From NCBI GenBank assembly GCA_964291215.2, contig OZ219791.1, positions 1,248,001 through 1,312,000 of the forward strand: 64,000 nt of DNA, in the 5' to 3' direction. Origin of the DNA: Alphaproteobacteria bacterium. Lineage in GTDB: Bacteria; Pseudomonadota; Alphaproteobacteria; MPNO01; UBA830. This document shows positions 35,099 to 46,431 of the stretch, one piece after another. How positions within the stretch are numbered: the stretch's first letter is position 1; the number at the start of each line of letters is the position of its first letter. A model generated the notes under the pieces. It worked only from the letters and a program-made list of their open reading frames with translations, was not told the DNA's origin and did no database searches. A program made the position numbers and the translations under genes.

Positions 35099-36670
35099 GA
35101 GCGCCAGGTTAACTGGTAGGATGTCGCCGGGTGAGAGTCCCGGCAGGAAGAGAGGCTAACCACCACTTCCTCCGTGAACCATGCGTCGTGAGGCGAAGCG
35201 TTGGGGAGCGGCAAGCCGGGCTATTGAGCCACGAGATACTGTGAAACCGGAGTGCCGAGGTCGTGGCCGAAGGCAACACCCTGCGAGCCGCGTTGGTGAG
35301 GGGGGCTTCGCGGGGTCTGAGAACCATGGCCGAAGCAGGGACCTGGGAGGTCTTGCCCCTCTGTCGTAGAGGGGTCGCAGAGGAAATTCCGTAAACCGAT
35401 GATGAACGAGAAGTCAGATTCGGCGTGCAGCGAGTCTAGCTGCTGTACTTGCGGGTGTGAGTCCCGCCGGCGCAATTTCCAGTTTGGCGCCGTAGCATTG
35501 GTTCAGGGGTGACCGTGGACCAGCGAGCTGGGATGTAGAAGCCGTTGTGGGCTGGCTGGAACGCAGTGTCCAGCCGGTTCGGTCAGCCAGGGCGGCGAGC
35601 AAACCGGAGGGCCGTAGCGAAAGCGAACGATTGGATGAAGCCCCGAAATTGATTTCCCACATGAAGCTGATTAGTGGGGTAAACGGGAATGCCAAGGGCC
35701 TGCCGATAGCCCGATGGCCAGAGTCGATGCGGAAGAACTGGAGAGCACGCATCGGGTTCCCCGGTGGTAGAGACGGCGGCAATCCGGGACAGTACAGCGG
35801 TGAAAGATCGGAAGGTGAGGAGGACAGACAGGATGAAGTGACCCTTGAATGTCAAGGACCGCGTCTATAACCAGGACTGGGAAAGGACGCGGAGTCCTCC
35901 TGACTGGCGGATGAGGTCGATTAAGCGTTGACGGGCGGGACAACACAACCCGTCCTGAGCGAGGACCTCAGGGCTCAGGTGGCCTGTGCCGCGGTAGGTC
36001 AACGCCAGTGCTCAGAAACTGGCACCGACCGACAAGACCGCGAGGTCGAAGGACGGAGCAAACGCTCGGAGATGCCGTGGGTACGGTTGGGTCAGCCTTG
36101 ACCATGGCGCGTCCGGCGGAAGGCTCCGCACCGAACTCCAAGTGGGTGCCTGATGCTTGAACCGGGAAAACCGGACGTACGGAATTTTAGGGGGGCTGCT
36201 GGAAACGTGGTCTATGGTAGTTCAGCGACCCCGCCCGCAATCGAAAGAGCGGTGACGGACAAAGCCTCTGCCTACGGATGCGCGCGCCAGCGGCCTACCC
36301 GACCGCAAACCATCCCGGAAACGCGCACCCTGCGGCGGATCAAGGAGGCGCTGCGCAAGCGGTGGCACGACAATCGGCACAAGACGGCCAAGTGGCGAGT
36401 GATCAAAGGCTGCTACTACGCCGTTCCGGGAAGCAGTGAGTCCCTGCAGGGGTTCATATACCAATGCAAACGGCTGCGTGCCCTTCGGCGGCGTTCCCAA
36501 AAGGATCGCACCGAATGGAGGGACATGGACACCCTCATCGAAGCTCACTGGCCTAAGGCCAGCATCCGTGGCCAAACCAGCGCCTTGTCGTCAGGGGAGG
36601 AGCCGGATGCGAACAGCGCAAGTCCGGATCTGTGCGGGGGGACCGGGGAAACCCGGTTCCCTACCGCGAT
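35099..36670 (+). ncRNA. Degenerate group II intron (outer) with residual maturase X-domain fragment
   Basis: 5' GAGCG (GTGCG-like), GGTGAGAGTCC, CTATTGAGCC; IEP remnant RKRWHD..YYAVPG..LRRRSQK; D5/D6 GAGCCGGATGCG..CAAGTCCGGATCTGTGCGGGGG..CCTACCGCGAT. Confidence 0.85.
35418..36303 (+). ncRNA. Nested ORF-less group II intron (inner)
   Basis: 5' CGGCGTGCAGCGAGTCTAGCTG..GGGTGTGAGTCCC; D5-like GAACCGGGAAAACCGGACGTACGGAATTTTAGGGGGG; long D6 ending CCTACCCGAC. Confidence 0.75.
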
Positions 36671-36698
36671 AGGAGCGCAGCCGCGCGAATTCCCTGAA

Positions 36699-37460
36699 CC
36701 CAAGTTCAGACGTCCTGACCTCGGCTTTGATTTCTTCGAATCAGGGTGATACTTCTGGGCTGAGTTTGCGTGCGTTGTCTGACAGTTCGTAGATCATGCG
36801 GAGGCCGGTTCCGGAGCTTCTTCACCGCCCGCTGCACGGTCGCGCGGCTCACGCCGCCTGCAGGTCTCTTTGAGGAACGCAGTGCCTGGCGATCCGCAAC
36901 AACATCGCCGGCCGGTCGCCCTCGTCGTGGCAGGGCTCCATGTTCGAGAAGTAGACGGTCTGTCCGTCGACATCGGCAAGGGAGAAGCACGAGGTTCCGA
37001 TGGCTTCAGGAGGGTGCATCGCGAGCGTGTTCATGGCCGGGAGTATCCAATTACAGGGGTCATGTTATATCGGGCCATCACGCGGCTATGTTGCCAAGCA
37101 AGAACCGGGAAAATCGTTCATTCGTGGCGGAAAAAAGGGGGGCCGGACTGATCAAGTCAACTCACGAGGTCAGAACGTCTGAAGTTGGCACTTTTTTGCG
37201 TCAGTTGAAGGGGAAATTTATGCGGCAGCCCCGCTCGATATACTATATCTATGATTTCCTGTCCGGGATGGCCAGTGTGGTGCCAGAATATTGCAGATTC
37301 GCTCGACCTCGCCGCCAAACCCGGTATATCCGGGGCCTTGCCAGCATAAAAGCTTCCAGCCAACATGTTCATCAGGGCAACCAAAACCCACAGCACCGCA
37401 GACGGCAAGTCCGTCCACAGCCACCGGCCTTTCAACGAACCATGATCGAGTCTTCGTTCA
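36699..37460 (+). mobile_element. IS1634 left-end fragment interrupted by the 36707-37181 element
   Basis: CCCAAGTT|GGCACTTTTTTGCGTCAGTTG..ATGTTCATCAGGGCAACCAAAACC; inverted homologue of about 620-891. Confidence 0.75.
36707..37181 (-). mobile_element. Internally deleted IS with transposase N-terminal remnant (475 bp)
   Basis: TIR CAGACGTCCTGACCTCG / CGAGGTCAGAACGTCTG (16/17); AAGTT TSD on both sides; VSRATVQRAVKK HTH-like fragment. Confidence 0.8.
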
Positions 37461-37481
37461 TGAGGCCTTATATAGTGGCCC

Positions 37482-38544
37482 ATGAGAATTGGCTTTCGAC
37501 ATCTATCCACGACGACGGTTGATTGGCTGAAGGTGGCGTCGGTTGCCGAGGGCAGCACGCCCTGGCGCAGGGATTGTGCGAGCGCGAGGACTGGTGCAAC
37601 GCGAAGGGCGAACTGTGCCTTACCGCGTGCGGCCCTGCCTGATCTTGCCTCGGCGCTCGGCATCGTCCTTCCTGCACCAAGGCCTCATGGCCTCGACACC
37701 CTTGAGCGGGACTATCCCGACAAGCCACTCGCATGTTCTCCGGAGGAGCTTGGCGAGGTCACCGTGGAGCTGGTCGGCGAGGACAAGCGCTTGGCGATGA
37801 TGGCGACCTGGCATCCCAAAGGCGAGGCGCCCGGATGAGCTACCGGATCACCTCGTCGCGCTACGGCCGCCTCGGCGGCCTGGTGTTCCGTGCGGCCAAT
37901 TGGCATCAGAAGGCGCGCGACGACTTCTGGTCCCGGGGAGCGCGTGACGTCCACCTCGGCAAGGTCGTCAACAACGCTCGCTTGCTGATACTTCCGTCGG
38001 TGAATGTTCCGGAGCTGGCCTCCCGCGTCCTGGCCTGCCGGCGGCTTGCTGCGGACTGAGAAGTGACGCCGATTCTGGCCTACGCCCATGTGAGCCCCGA
38101 AGACACCGGCACGAGCTGCAGGGCGGCAGGCCGGGAGCGTTGTGAGAAGATGACCTCGGGTCGACCTCCCGGGGCCACCGGCCAGGGCGTGCGGTGTGGA
38201 TGAAGCCCCTGGCTTGGCAAGACGTGTCGTGCCGGCAGCGTGTCATGGGCCAGGCGGCACCCCTTGTTGGCGATGACAACCGGGCGATGAGGGAGTACAG
38301 CCGCAGCAACCACGGTGACGTGCGCATCTGCGACCGCCTTGTCACCATGGGCGTGGAACGATCGTCCCGGAGAGATCCTGCCGGTGATCTTCCCCGACGG
38401 GGCGGAAAAGAAGGCGGCCTGCCGTCTGTTGTCGAACCCCGAGGTGACCATATCCTCGAGGGGCATCAGGAAGCGATGGTGGAGCGCTGCCGTCCGCAGC
38501 GCCGGATCCTTGCCATCCAGGACACGACGTTCCTGAATTACAAT
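37482..38544 (+). pseudogene. DUF4338 (DruA-like) plus IS4/IS50 transposase fusion remnant, copy A
   Basis: GRLGGLVFRAANWHQKARD, VVNNARLLILPSVNVPELASRVL, then KAACRLLSNPEV, ILAIQDTTFLNY. Confidence 0.7.
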
Positions 38545-39788
38545 GGGTGCAGTTTTCGTATGGCGAATGCAAGCCATTGATTTAACGCGGTTGTGTGGTT
38601 ACGAAGCAGCGGCGAAAACGGGTTTTCGTGACAATCGCCCGTTTCAGGACAGGATTTTGTCACGGGCCGAGCGGTGGAGGTGGGAACGCTCTGCACCGCA
38701 AGATGCGAGATGATATTGGAGACAATCCACAGCATCAGGAGCGCTCCCATGTCAGTTTCGCAGCCTTCCGCGTCGATCGATATTTCCGGCTTGCCGCCTC
38801 GGGTTGTCGAGGCGGTCACGCAGATAACCGCAGTTTGTCATCAGCAACTCGGTTCGCAGCGCTCTGCCGAGGCCTTTGAGGAAACGGAGCGGCGGGTGCG
38901 TGAGAGCGTGTACGCGCTGCGAGATCCCGGGTGCCGAGGCCCGGGACGACGGTGCGCCCCGGATCGAGCGGGACGGGCAGAGATGGGGCGCCGAAGACGA
39001 TCATGACCTCGCCCGATGACCTTTCGGCGTGCCGCACCGGCGCGCGCTGCCGGTCGCTGATGCCGGTGGACGAAAGCCTCGTCGACGACTACCTGACACG
39101 GCCGGCGGCTTGGGCTGATGATGATCGGCCACTGCACGGCGCGGGAAGCGGAGGCGTTCTTCGGCAAGCTCGGCGCCATGACGCCAGCACCTTGTAGCGC
39201 CTGACCATGCAGGAGCGCTGGGAAAGTCTCGGCCCCGACATCCGGGAAGCGGAGGACATCCCGCAGGATGCAGTCACCGCCTCGCTGGACGGCGTCATGG
39301 TGGCGCTGCGGGCCGGCGAGGGCGGCCGTTCCGAAGCCTGCTGGCGGCGAGGGCGGCCTGTGGCACGGTCTCCTTCCACGACGGTGAGCGCCTGAAGACC
39401 GTCTGTCTCGGCCGCATGCCCGAGGGCCGAAAGTGCACACTGAAGGCGCAGCTCGCAAGCGAAGTCGCGCATATCAGACAGAGGCGTCCCGAGATCAGCG
39501 CCGCCGCCGACAACTGGACCTTCCTCGGGGGTCTTGAACCCGAAACCGAGGTGATCGACTTGCCTGCGAGCATCTGCGCGTGGCGGCCGACCATGCAGCG
39601 GCGCCCCACTGGTTCGAGAAGTACCGCGAGATCCTGCGTCACGATCCCTGCGGCATCGACAGGGTGATCCGGGCGCTGCGCCACCTTCCGCGCCCTGCTC
39701 GAATCCGGCCGCTTCGAGAGCGCGTGGACGGTCATGATCGGTGCAGACGACGCACCAGCCAACGACAACATCAGCCCAAATCACACCC
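38545..39788 (+). mobile_element. ISKra4-family remnant
   Basis: GGGTG..CACCC termini; SLDGVMV, GRMPEGRKCTLKAQL, ADNWTFL, ILRHDP..VIRALR fragments. Confidence 0.7.
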
Positions 39789-39849
39789 CGGCACTGGCCG
39801 CATGAGATGAACAAATGGTACTGAGCCTGCAACTGTGCCATACGAAACT

Positions 39850-40317
39850 CTCACCCGCGCGAGACCTGCCACAGGATCAACAAGAGCGCATCCAGGACCC
39901 TGAACGAGGCCGGGCGCAAGCGCTACCGGACCATCCTGACCCGGGGGGCGAAGGAACTGCCTGAAATCCCGCCCCGACAGAAAGGAAAACGCGGACCGAT
40001 CGCGAACGCGCACAACCTCCAGGAGCGTCTCGCAAGGCATGAAGAGTCCGTCCTGCGCTTCATGAGCGATCCGGACGTCAGCTTCACCAACAACACCGGC
40101 GAGCAGAAAATCCGGATGGCAAAGGTCAAGGTGTCCGGATGCTTCCGAACCCCGCTCTAGCCGAGGCCTGGTGCCGAAGCTCAAGCTATCTCACCTCCAT
40201 GGCCGCACTCGGCTACAGCCCGCTTGTCGCCATCCGGATCGCACTCGCCGGAAACGCCGCCGACATGATCAAAATGCACAACGCCAAACCCGCCTCTGCG
40301 GAGGGGTGAGGAGATAC
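39850..40317 (+). pseudogene. IS66-family transposase, C-terminal fragment
   Basis: AHNLQERL..EESVLRFMSDPDVSFTNNTGEQKIRMAKV.KVSGCFRT, SSYLTS. Confidence 0.8.
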
Positions 40318-40319
40318 CC

Positions 40320-40590
40320 CGACGCCAGGAAAGATCCGGCGTGCCGGGCGCGGTGCCTGACCGCAATGAGCCGCGTCGGGATTCTCGTGACCTCCCGGAA
40401 ACCGCGCTCCGAGCGGGTCCCGCTTCCAGACGGTACGACGCATGATGTGCCGGCACAACGCGAGAAGAAAACAGACCTTCGGATTGGTCTCGACATGGTG
40501 CGAATGGCGCGCAACGATGCTCTCGATGTGGCCGTGATATTCAGCCAAGATCAGGATTTGGCGGAGCTAGCCCAGGAAGTTCACACTAAC
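40320..40590 (+). pseudogene. NYN (LabA/DUF88-like) domain fragment
   Basis: REKKTDLRIGLDMV..DVAVIFSQDQDL. Confidence 0.65.
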
Positions 40591-40895
40591 CGAATCGATC
40601 TGCAGTGTCAGATCTCCACGAAAACCCGTTTGTTGCTCTACCCCGACATCAAGCCGAAACCAGGAGGTGAGCAGTTACAACCGAACAAAATAAGCTCGTT
40701 TTTCATGGAGTTTTGTCCATTCCCCGATTGAACTCCGATGCGCAACGGTTCGGGGTATCCATCCGCAGGATAGTGCAGCAAAGCTGGCCGTTTTGGCGCT
40801 CTCCGCCAACAGGGTCCCCAAACACTTCGCGCGGGGACCGTTCGACCGGAGCGTGCTCCGATACCGGGGTCGCCGCGCCGCCGGGAGTTCTCCCG

Positions 40896-42155
40896 CTATC
40901 CCAGCTGCGCCGCCACCGCGTCGTACTCCGCCAGGTCGGCCACCGGGCCGAGTGCGGCGACGACCGGTTTCGACGAGAACACCCGCTCGGCCACGCGGCG
41001 CACGTCTTCGCTTTCGACTGCGTCGATGCGCGCCGCAATGTCGTCGATCGCAATGGTGTGTCCGTGGACCTGCATCTGCATTGCGAGTCTCTCGGCGCGT
41101 GCGGCCATGCTTTCCAGGGACAGGAGTGCGCCCGCCTTGATGAGGGTCCGGGCGCGCGTGATCTCGGACCCGGCCATCGTTTTACTTGCGGCCTGCACCA
41201 GTTCGGCGCCTGCGGCTGTGACGAGTTCGCCGATCTCGTCCGGGCCGGTACCGGCATAGAGCCCGAACAGCCCGCCGTCGAGGTAGCTCGAAGAGAACGT
41301 GTAGACCGCATAGGCTAGGCCGCGCCGTTCTCGCAGCTCCTGGAAAAGACGCGACGACATGCCTCCGCCAAGCGCCGTCGAGAGGACAGCCAGCGGGTAA
41401 TAATCCTCGTCGCCGAACCGGAGTCCCTCGAACCCGACAACCAGATGGACCTGTTCGAGGTCGCGGACCTCGCGCCAGTCGCCGCCTTCATAGCGCGCCG
41501 GACACGGGTATCCCCCGCCAGTGCGCCCGAAGTTGCCGAGGAACCGCTCCGCGAGACTGACGATTCGGTCGTGATCGAGCGCCCCGGCGGCGGCGAGAAT
41601 CATGCGGTCGGCGCCGTAATGGGTGCTGACATAGTCGGTCAGCGCCCGGCGGGGCAGGCCGGATACGATATCGGCGGTGCCGAGGACGGGCCGTCCGAGC
41701 GGTTGCGCAGGAAAGGCTGCCGTCTGGAACTGGTCGAAGATCGTGTCGTCCGGCGTGTCCGCGGCCTGCCTGATCTCCTGAAGGATGACGTTGCGTTCGC
41801 GGTCGATCTCGGCCTCGTCGAAGGTGGAGTTGCAGAGGATGTCGGCGAGAATGTCGAGGGCGACGGAGATGTGCTGCTTGAGAACCGTAGCGTGGTAGAC
41901 GGTGGTCTCCCGCGAGGTGTAGGCGTTCAAATGCCCGCCGATGTCCTCGATCTCGGTCGCTATCCGGAAGGCCGACCGGGTCGAGGTTCCCTTGAACGCC
42001 ATGTGTTCGAGAAAATGGGAAACGCCGTTCTCGGCTTCGACCTCATGGCGGGCCCCGACATCCACCCACAGGCCGAGGGACACGGACTGGACCGTGTCGA
42101 CGCGGTCGGTGACGATGCGTAGCCCGTTCGCGAGTTCTGCCGTCTCGATGCTCAA
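40896..42155 (-). CDS. M16 family metallopeptidase (MPP-beta-like)
   Basis: HFLEHMAFKGT, LNAYTSRE, GGGMSSRLFQELRE. TTG start overlaps the thrC stop. Confidence 0.93.
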   Translation of the reverse strand: MSIETAELANGLRIVTDRVDTVQSVSLGLWVDVGARHEVEAENGVSHFLEHMAFKGTSTRSAFRIATEIEDIGGHLNAYTSRETTVYHATVLKQHISVALDILADILCNSTFDEAEIDRERNVILQEIRQAADTPDDTIFDQFQTAAFPAQPLGRPVLGTADIVSGLPRRALTDYVSTHYGADRMILAAAGALDHDRIVSLAERFLGNFGRTGGGYPCPARYEGGDWREVRDLEQVHLVVGFEGLRFGDEDYYPLAVLSTALGGGMSSRLFQELRERRGLAYAVYTFSSSYLDGGLFGLYAGTGPDEIGELVTAAGAELVQAASKTMAGSEITRARTLIKAGALLSLESMAARAERLAMQMQVHGHTIAIDDIAARIDAVESEDVRRVAERVFSSKPVVAALGPVADLAEYDAVAAQLG

Positions 42156-43555
42156 CTGCCCGCGCCTCCCGACGCGGCTTCGATGAAGTGCTGCACGGCT
42201 CCGAGATCGTTGGGGAGAACGGCAAAGCGTTCCTCGCGCTCGAACAGGTCGGCCATGCGCGCCGGCAGTCCGGGGTGCTGGCCGGTCGCCGATTCGACAG
42301 CCTCCGGAAACTTCGCGGGATGCGCGGTGGCGAGGCACACCATCGGGGTCTCCGGATTGCCGCGGCATCTGCGGGCCGCCGCCCAGCCGATCGCGCTGTG
42401 GGGATCGAGGAGTTCGCCCGTCCGCTCGAAGGCTTCCTTCATGACGCGCAGGGTCTCGGCGTCGTCGAAACGCGCCGCGGCGAATTTTCGACGCGCCTCG
42501 GCGAATCGGGAATCGTCGACCGCGACACTGCCGTGTTCGCGGAAATCGGCCATCCAGCGGCCGACGGCGTCGCCGTCGCCGTCGAACATGTCGTACAGCA
42601 GGCGCTCGAAGTTGCTCGAGATCTGGATGTCCATGCTCGGCGAGATCGTCGGCTCGACGCCGACCAGCGCCATCTCGCCGGTCTCGAAGAACCGGAACAG
42701 GATGTCGTTGCGGTTCGTGCCGATCACCAGCCGGTCCACCGGCAGGCCCGATTTCCAGGCGGCCCAGCCTGCCAAGACGTTGCCGAAATTCCCCGTCGGC
42801 ACCGCGAAGCTGACCGCGCGGTCGGGCGCACCGAGGCGGACCGCGGCGACGACATAGTAGACGATCTGAGCCATGACCCGGGCCCAGTTGATGGAATTGA
42901 CCGCCGACAGCCGGTGGGCGTCGCGAAAGACGGAATCGCCGAACATTGCCTTGACCAGGTCCTGGCAGTCGTCAAAGGTTCCCCGGATCGCAATCGCATG
43001 GACATTGTCGGAGGCGACTGTCGTTATCTGGCGGCGCTGGACGTCGGACACCCGCCCCTCCGGGAAGAGGATGAAGATGTCGAGGTTGGCGCGGTCCCGG
43101 CAGGCCTCGATGGCGGCCGAACCGGTATCGCCCGACGTCGCGCCGACGATCGTCACCCGCTCGCAGCGGCGGGCCAGGATATCGTCGAACATGCGCCCGA
43201 CGAGTTGCAGCGCGTAATCCTTGAATGCCAGCGTCGGGCCGTGGAACAGTTCCATAAGCCAAGTGTTTGCGCCGAGCTGCCTGAGGGGTGCGATGGCGGG
43301 ATGGCCGAAATCCCGGTAGGTGTCGGCCACCATGCGCACGAGGTGGTCGTCGGGGATGGTGCCGTCGACGAAGGGCCGGATGACCCGGCAGGCGATTTCC
43401 GGATAGTCGAGACCGGCCATCGCCCTCAGTTCGGACGGCCCGAACTCCGGCCATTGCGATGGCACGTAGAGGCCGCCATCGTCGGCGAGGCCGGCTAGCA
43501 GGACATCGTCGAAGGCGAGAGCGGGCGAGTTGCCGCGCGTGGAGTTATATTTCAC
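42152..43555 (-). CDS. thrC: Threonine synthase
   Basis: Y.STRG, ELFHGPTLAFKD, ATSGDTGSAA, NSINWAR, PTGNFG, ATAHPAKF. Confidence 0.97.
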   Translation of the reverse strand: MKYNSTRGNSPALAFDDVLLAGLADDGGLYVPSQWPEFGPSELRAMAGLDYPEIACRVIRPFVDGTIPDDHLVRMVADTYRDFGHPAIAPLRQLGANTWLMELFHGPTLAFKDYALQLVGRMFDDILARRCERVTIVGATSGDTGSAAIEACRDRANLDIFILFPEGRVSDVQRRQITTVASDNVHAIAIRGTFDDCQDLVKAMFGDSVFRDAHRLSAVNSINWARVMAQIVYYVVAAVRLGAPDRAVSFAVPTGNFGNVLAGWAAWKSGLPVDRLVIGTNRNDILFRFFETGEMALVGVEPTISPSMDIQISSNFERLLYDMFDGDGDAVGRWMADFREHGSVAVDDSRFAEARRKFAAARFDDAETLRVMKEAFERTGELLDPHSAIGWAAARRCRGNPETPMVCLATAHPAKFPEAVESATGQHPGLPARMADLFEREERFAVLPNDLGAVQHFIEAASGGAGS

Positions 43556-43634
43556 GAAGGGATCCTCGACCGCGGCGGCCAGTCTAGTCCGACCGTTGTC
43601 CGAGTCAAACCGGACGCGGCCCCTCTCAAAGTAT

Positions 43635-45566
43635 CAGACTTCTATAGGTGATTGGTTTCGTGCATGCTGCAGGTCGGTCTCCGCCATTTCGATTCACGGA
43701 CACCTGACTGGTTCGCTGGCGCGTTGTGCTCTGCCGACGCCACCCGTCACGGTCTGGCTCGCGAGCTTTGCGAGCGCACCGGCTGGCGCAACGCGCCTGG
43801 TCGTCCGTGCCTGTCGGCGGCAGGTGCTGCCGGCGCTCGCCGAGCGCGTGGGTCTCGAGCTGCCGCGGCGCGTCCCCGATCGTCGTGCCCGCCGTCCCGT
43901 CCGATGACGCTCGCCTGCCTGCTGCAGGATCTCGGCCCGGTCTCGCCGGTGGGCGGCACCGACGATCGCCGGCTCCGGGAGGCGATGATGGCGACGCACC
44001 ACCCGCCGGGACGGGCGCCCCGGCGGCCAGATGCGGGTCCGCCACCACGGCACGCGGCTTCGGGTCCGCAACCTGGCGGGCGCGGGACAAGTGGATGGTC
44101 TGCCGACGCCCGCGCCGCCAACATCAGGCGCGTGATCTGCCATCATCGGTTTCTTCCCGGCGTCCGGGTCTGCGGGCTGGGGTCCTGCGCATGGCGGCGG
44201 AGCGCGTCGCCGACGACCGGGAGGCCCGCGGTGCGTCCAGTGGCGGCCTGTACTCATGTCGGCGCGGAGCGGTTACCGCTGCCACTGCGCCGGCCGGACT
44301 GTCGCCGGGCGCGGGCGCCGCGGCGAGGGGTCCTGGCGCTGGAGAGCGGCTGGCGCTCCAGGAGACAGGGCGACATCCACTCGGCGCCCTGACGGGCGCC
44401 TGTGACGGCACTGACGCGGACCGGGAGTACGGGCCGACGGGCGGCGGCCATCGTTGACATGGGCCCGGATGGAGAACATGGGGGAGGATCTGCCGGTCAT
44501 CTTTCCGGAGAAGGCGGAGCAGAAGGCCGCCTGCTGTCGAACCCGAGGATCTCCATGGAGCACGTTCTGGAGGCGCATGTCGAGGCGCCCGTCGAGCGTT
44601 GTCGGACAGAGCCTCTTGCGATACAGGACACGACGGCACTCAACTGCAGCGGCCCGGGGTCGACGAAGGGTCCGGACGGGGGCGGCAAGGGGAGTGTCGG
44701 CATTCTCGCCGGTCTGGCGGTGACGCCGGAGGGCCGGCCCCCGGGCCTGATGGACGCGGCCTTCCGGCAGGAGCCTGGGGAGGACAGCCGGCGCCGGGCG
44801 GGCACGGGAGCCCGCGGCGGCCTGCCCGGACACGCGGGTGGTCTGCGAGGGCGACTTCCGGGAGCTGCGGACACCGGGACCGCGCTGCTGGTGCGCGCGA
44901 GCCAGCGCGTGCGGACGGCAACGAGGCGTGCCTGCGGGAGCATGTCGCGGCCCGTGACGGAGCTGACGATCCCGGCGGCCCGCGCGCCCGCAAGGAGCGC
45001 GTTGTCCGTCTCGAGATCCGCACAGGTGGCGCCGCCGCACCGCGAGGGCGACGCCTGTTTCCATGTTTGCGGCCAGCGAGACGGCGACGAGGCGCTGCTG
45101 ACCACCGAGCGCCCGGCGCAAGCGGAGGCCGTGCATGCGGCGACCGGCTGGTACCGGACGCGCATCGAGACCTGGTTCCGCACGCTGAAGACCCGGATCA
45201 AGGACCGCCGGCGGGCCGACGACCTGAAGAAGTGCCTCGCCGTCCATGTCCTGACCGTCCTCGCGCGGGAGCATCCCTCGACCTCGGCGAGCGAGGTGTT
45301 TGCGGAGGAGGACATCGGCCTGCTCCACACGCTGCCGGAAGCGCAGGGTCATCGCAACGTCGTGAGGATGGCGGACGGGAAGGCGCCCGACATCAGGGCG
45401 GTGGTCATCGATCTCGGACGCCTCGTCGGATCGCATCTTGCCGCCCGGCAATCGCTCCCGGGAACGAAGAAGGTCTGGCGGGGTCTCGAGCGGCTGCACC
45501 GGGCGATCCAAGTGCGCGACGCACTCGGCGAGAGAAGGCGGGAATGAGATACCTAATATAAGTGTG
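43635..45566 (+). mobile_element. DUF4338 (DruA-like) plus IS4/IS50 transposase element, copy B, heavily eroded
   Basis: LARELCERTGWRN, GWSADARAANI..HRFLPGVRV, LLSNPRISMEHVLEAH, AIQDTT.LN, WY..RIETWFRTLK, PGTKKVWRGL; imperfect TIR CAGACTTCTATAGGT / ACCTAATATAAGTGTG. Confidence 0.72.
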
Positions 45567-45711
45567 GGATGTTGAAAGACGCGGCCCCTGCCGCCGGGCG
45601 AAACCTCGCGGGCCGCCGCGTGGCCGGATCCCCGGGGCGCGGCGCAGCAGCGCCGCCGGAGAGAAGCTCTCCTGTGGCGCCTTTTCCCTGTCCGGCCGGT
45701 ATCTGCGGGCC

Positions 45712-46218
45712 CTAGCGCCGCCAGTGGCGACCCTTCCGGCCCAGCGAATCGAGCGCCTTCCGCTGGCCCTCGTCAAGGGACCCGTAGAACTTCGCGAAAG
45801 CCGGCCGAACACTCCGCATGGCCTCGAGCCTGGCCGCCAGCATGTTCTCCCTGCGCTCGAGCCTCGCCAGCACCGTCGTCGGGCGTTCCTCCTCGACCAG
45901 CGCTTCGCAGGCCTGGCGGAGGCCGGCTTTCGCTGCTTCGCCCGCCTTCCTGAAATTGGTCCAGGCTGCCTTCTGGGCATCGTCGAGAACGGCGAGGCCC
46001 TCGACGACCGCTGCCATCCGCTCCATGGGCCAGCCTGCCTGCCTGCTGCAGAAACGGGCGTGCCGGCTGGCGCGGCGGTCGGCCTTTGCCGCCGAGGCCG
46101 CCGACCCGCCAGCGCCGGTCTCGGTAGCGGGTTGCGCATGTCCGTCCGGGATGCTGGCCGCTCCGGCGAACAGCAGCGCCGGGATCAGCAGGTAGGCAAA
46201 TGTCCTTGCAGTCTTCAT
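45712..46218 (-). CDS. Spy/CpxP-like (LTXXQ) periplasmic protein
   Basis: Signal peptide; LDDAQKAAW and FYGSLDEGQRK repeats. Confidence 0.75.
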   Translation of the reverse strand: MKTARTFAYLLIPALLFAGAASIPDGHAQPATETGAGGSAASAAKADRRASRHARFCSRQAGWPMERMAAVVEGLAVLDDAQKAAWTNFRKAGEAAKAGLRQACEALVEEERPTTVLARLERRENMLAARLEAMRSVRPAFAKFYGSLDEGQRKALDSLGRKGRHWRR

Positions 46219-46431
46219 CGCGGTCTTCTCCTGTCTGATGCCCCGCGAGGGGGTGTTTCAACGACCCGTGCATGCTGCCATGCAGATGTTGCCGGAGTAT
46301 TTCAGGTCGACCGATTTCGGATAACAAATTGTAACGGTGTACGGAACGCGTCCGTGATCGGCTATGCTCCGTTCCTGCTCCCGGGTCGCTGCCGGGGGAC
46401 GGACCGCAGACGCATCACCGGACGACTCCAC

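Noticed and set aside
35150-35175. CCACC loop as EBS1 pairing with exon end GGTGG
   Set aside because: Lies too close to the intron 5' end for EBS1; cannot be supported without folding.
37482-38544. Functional Druantia defence system
   Set aside because: Only frameshifted DUF4338 fragments tied to a transposase; no DruE helicase or other dru genes.
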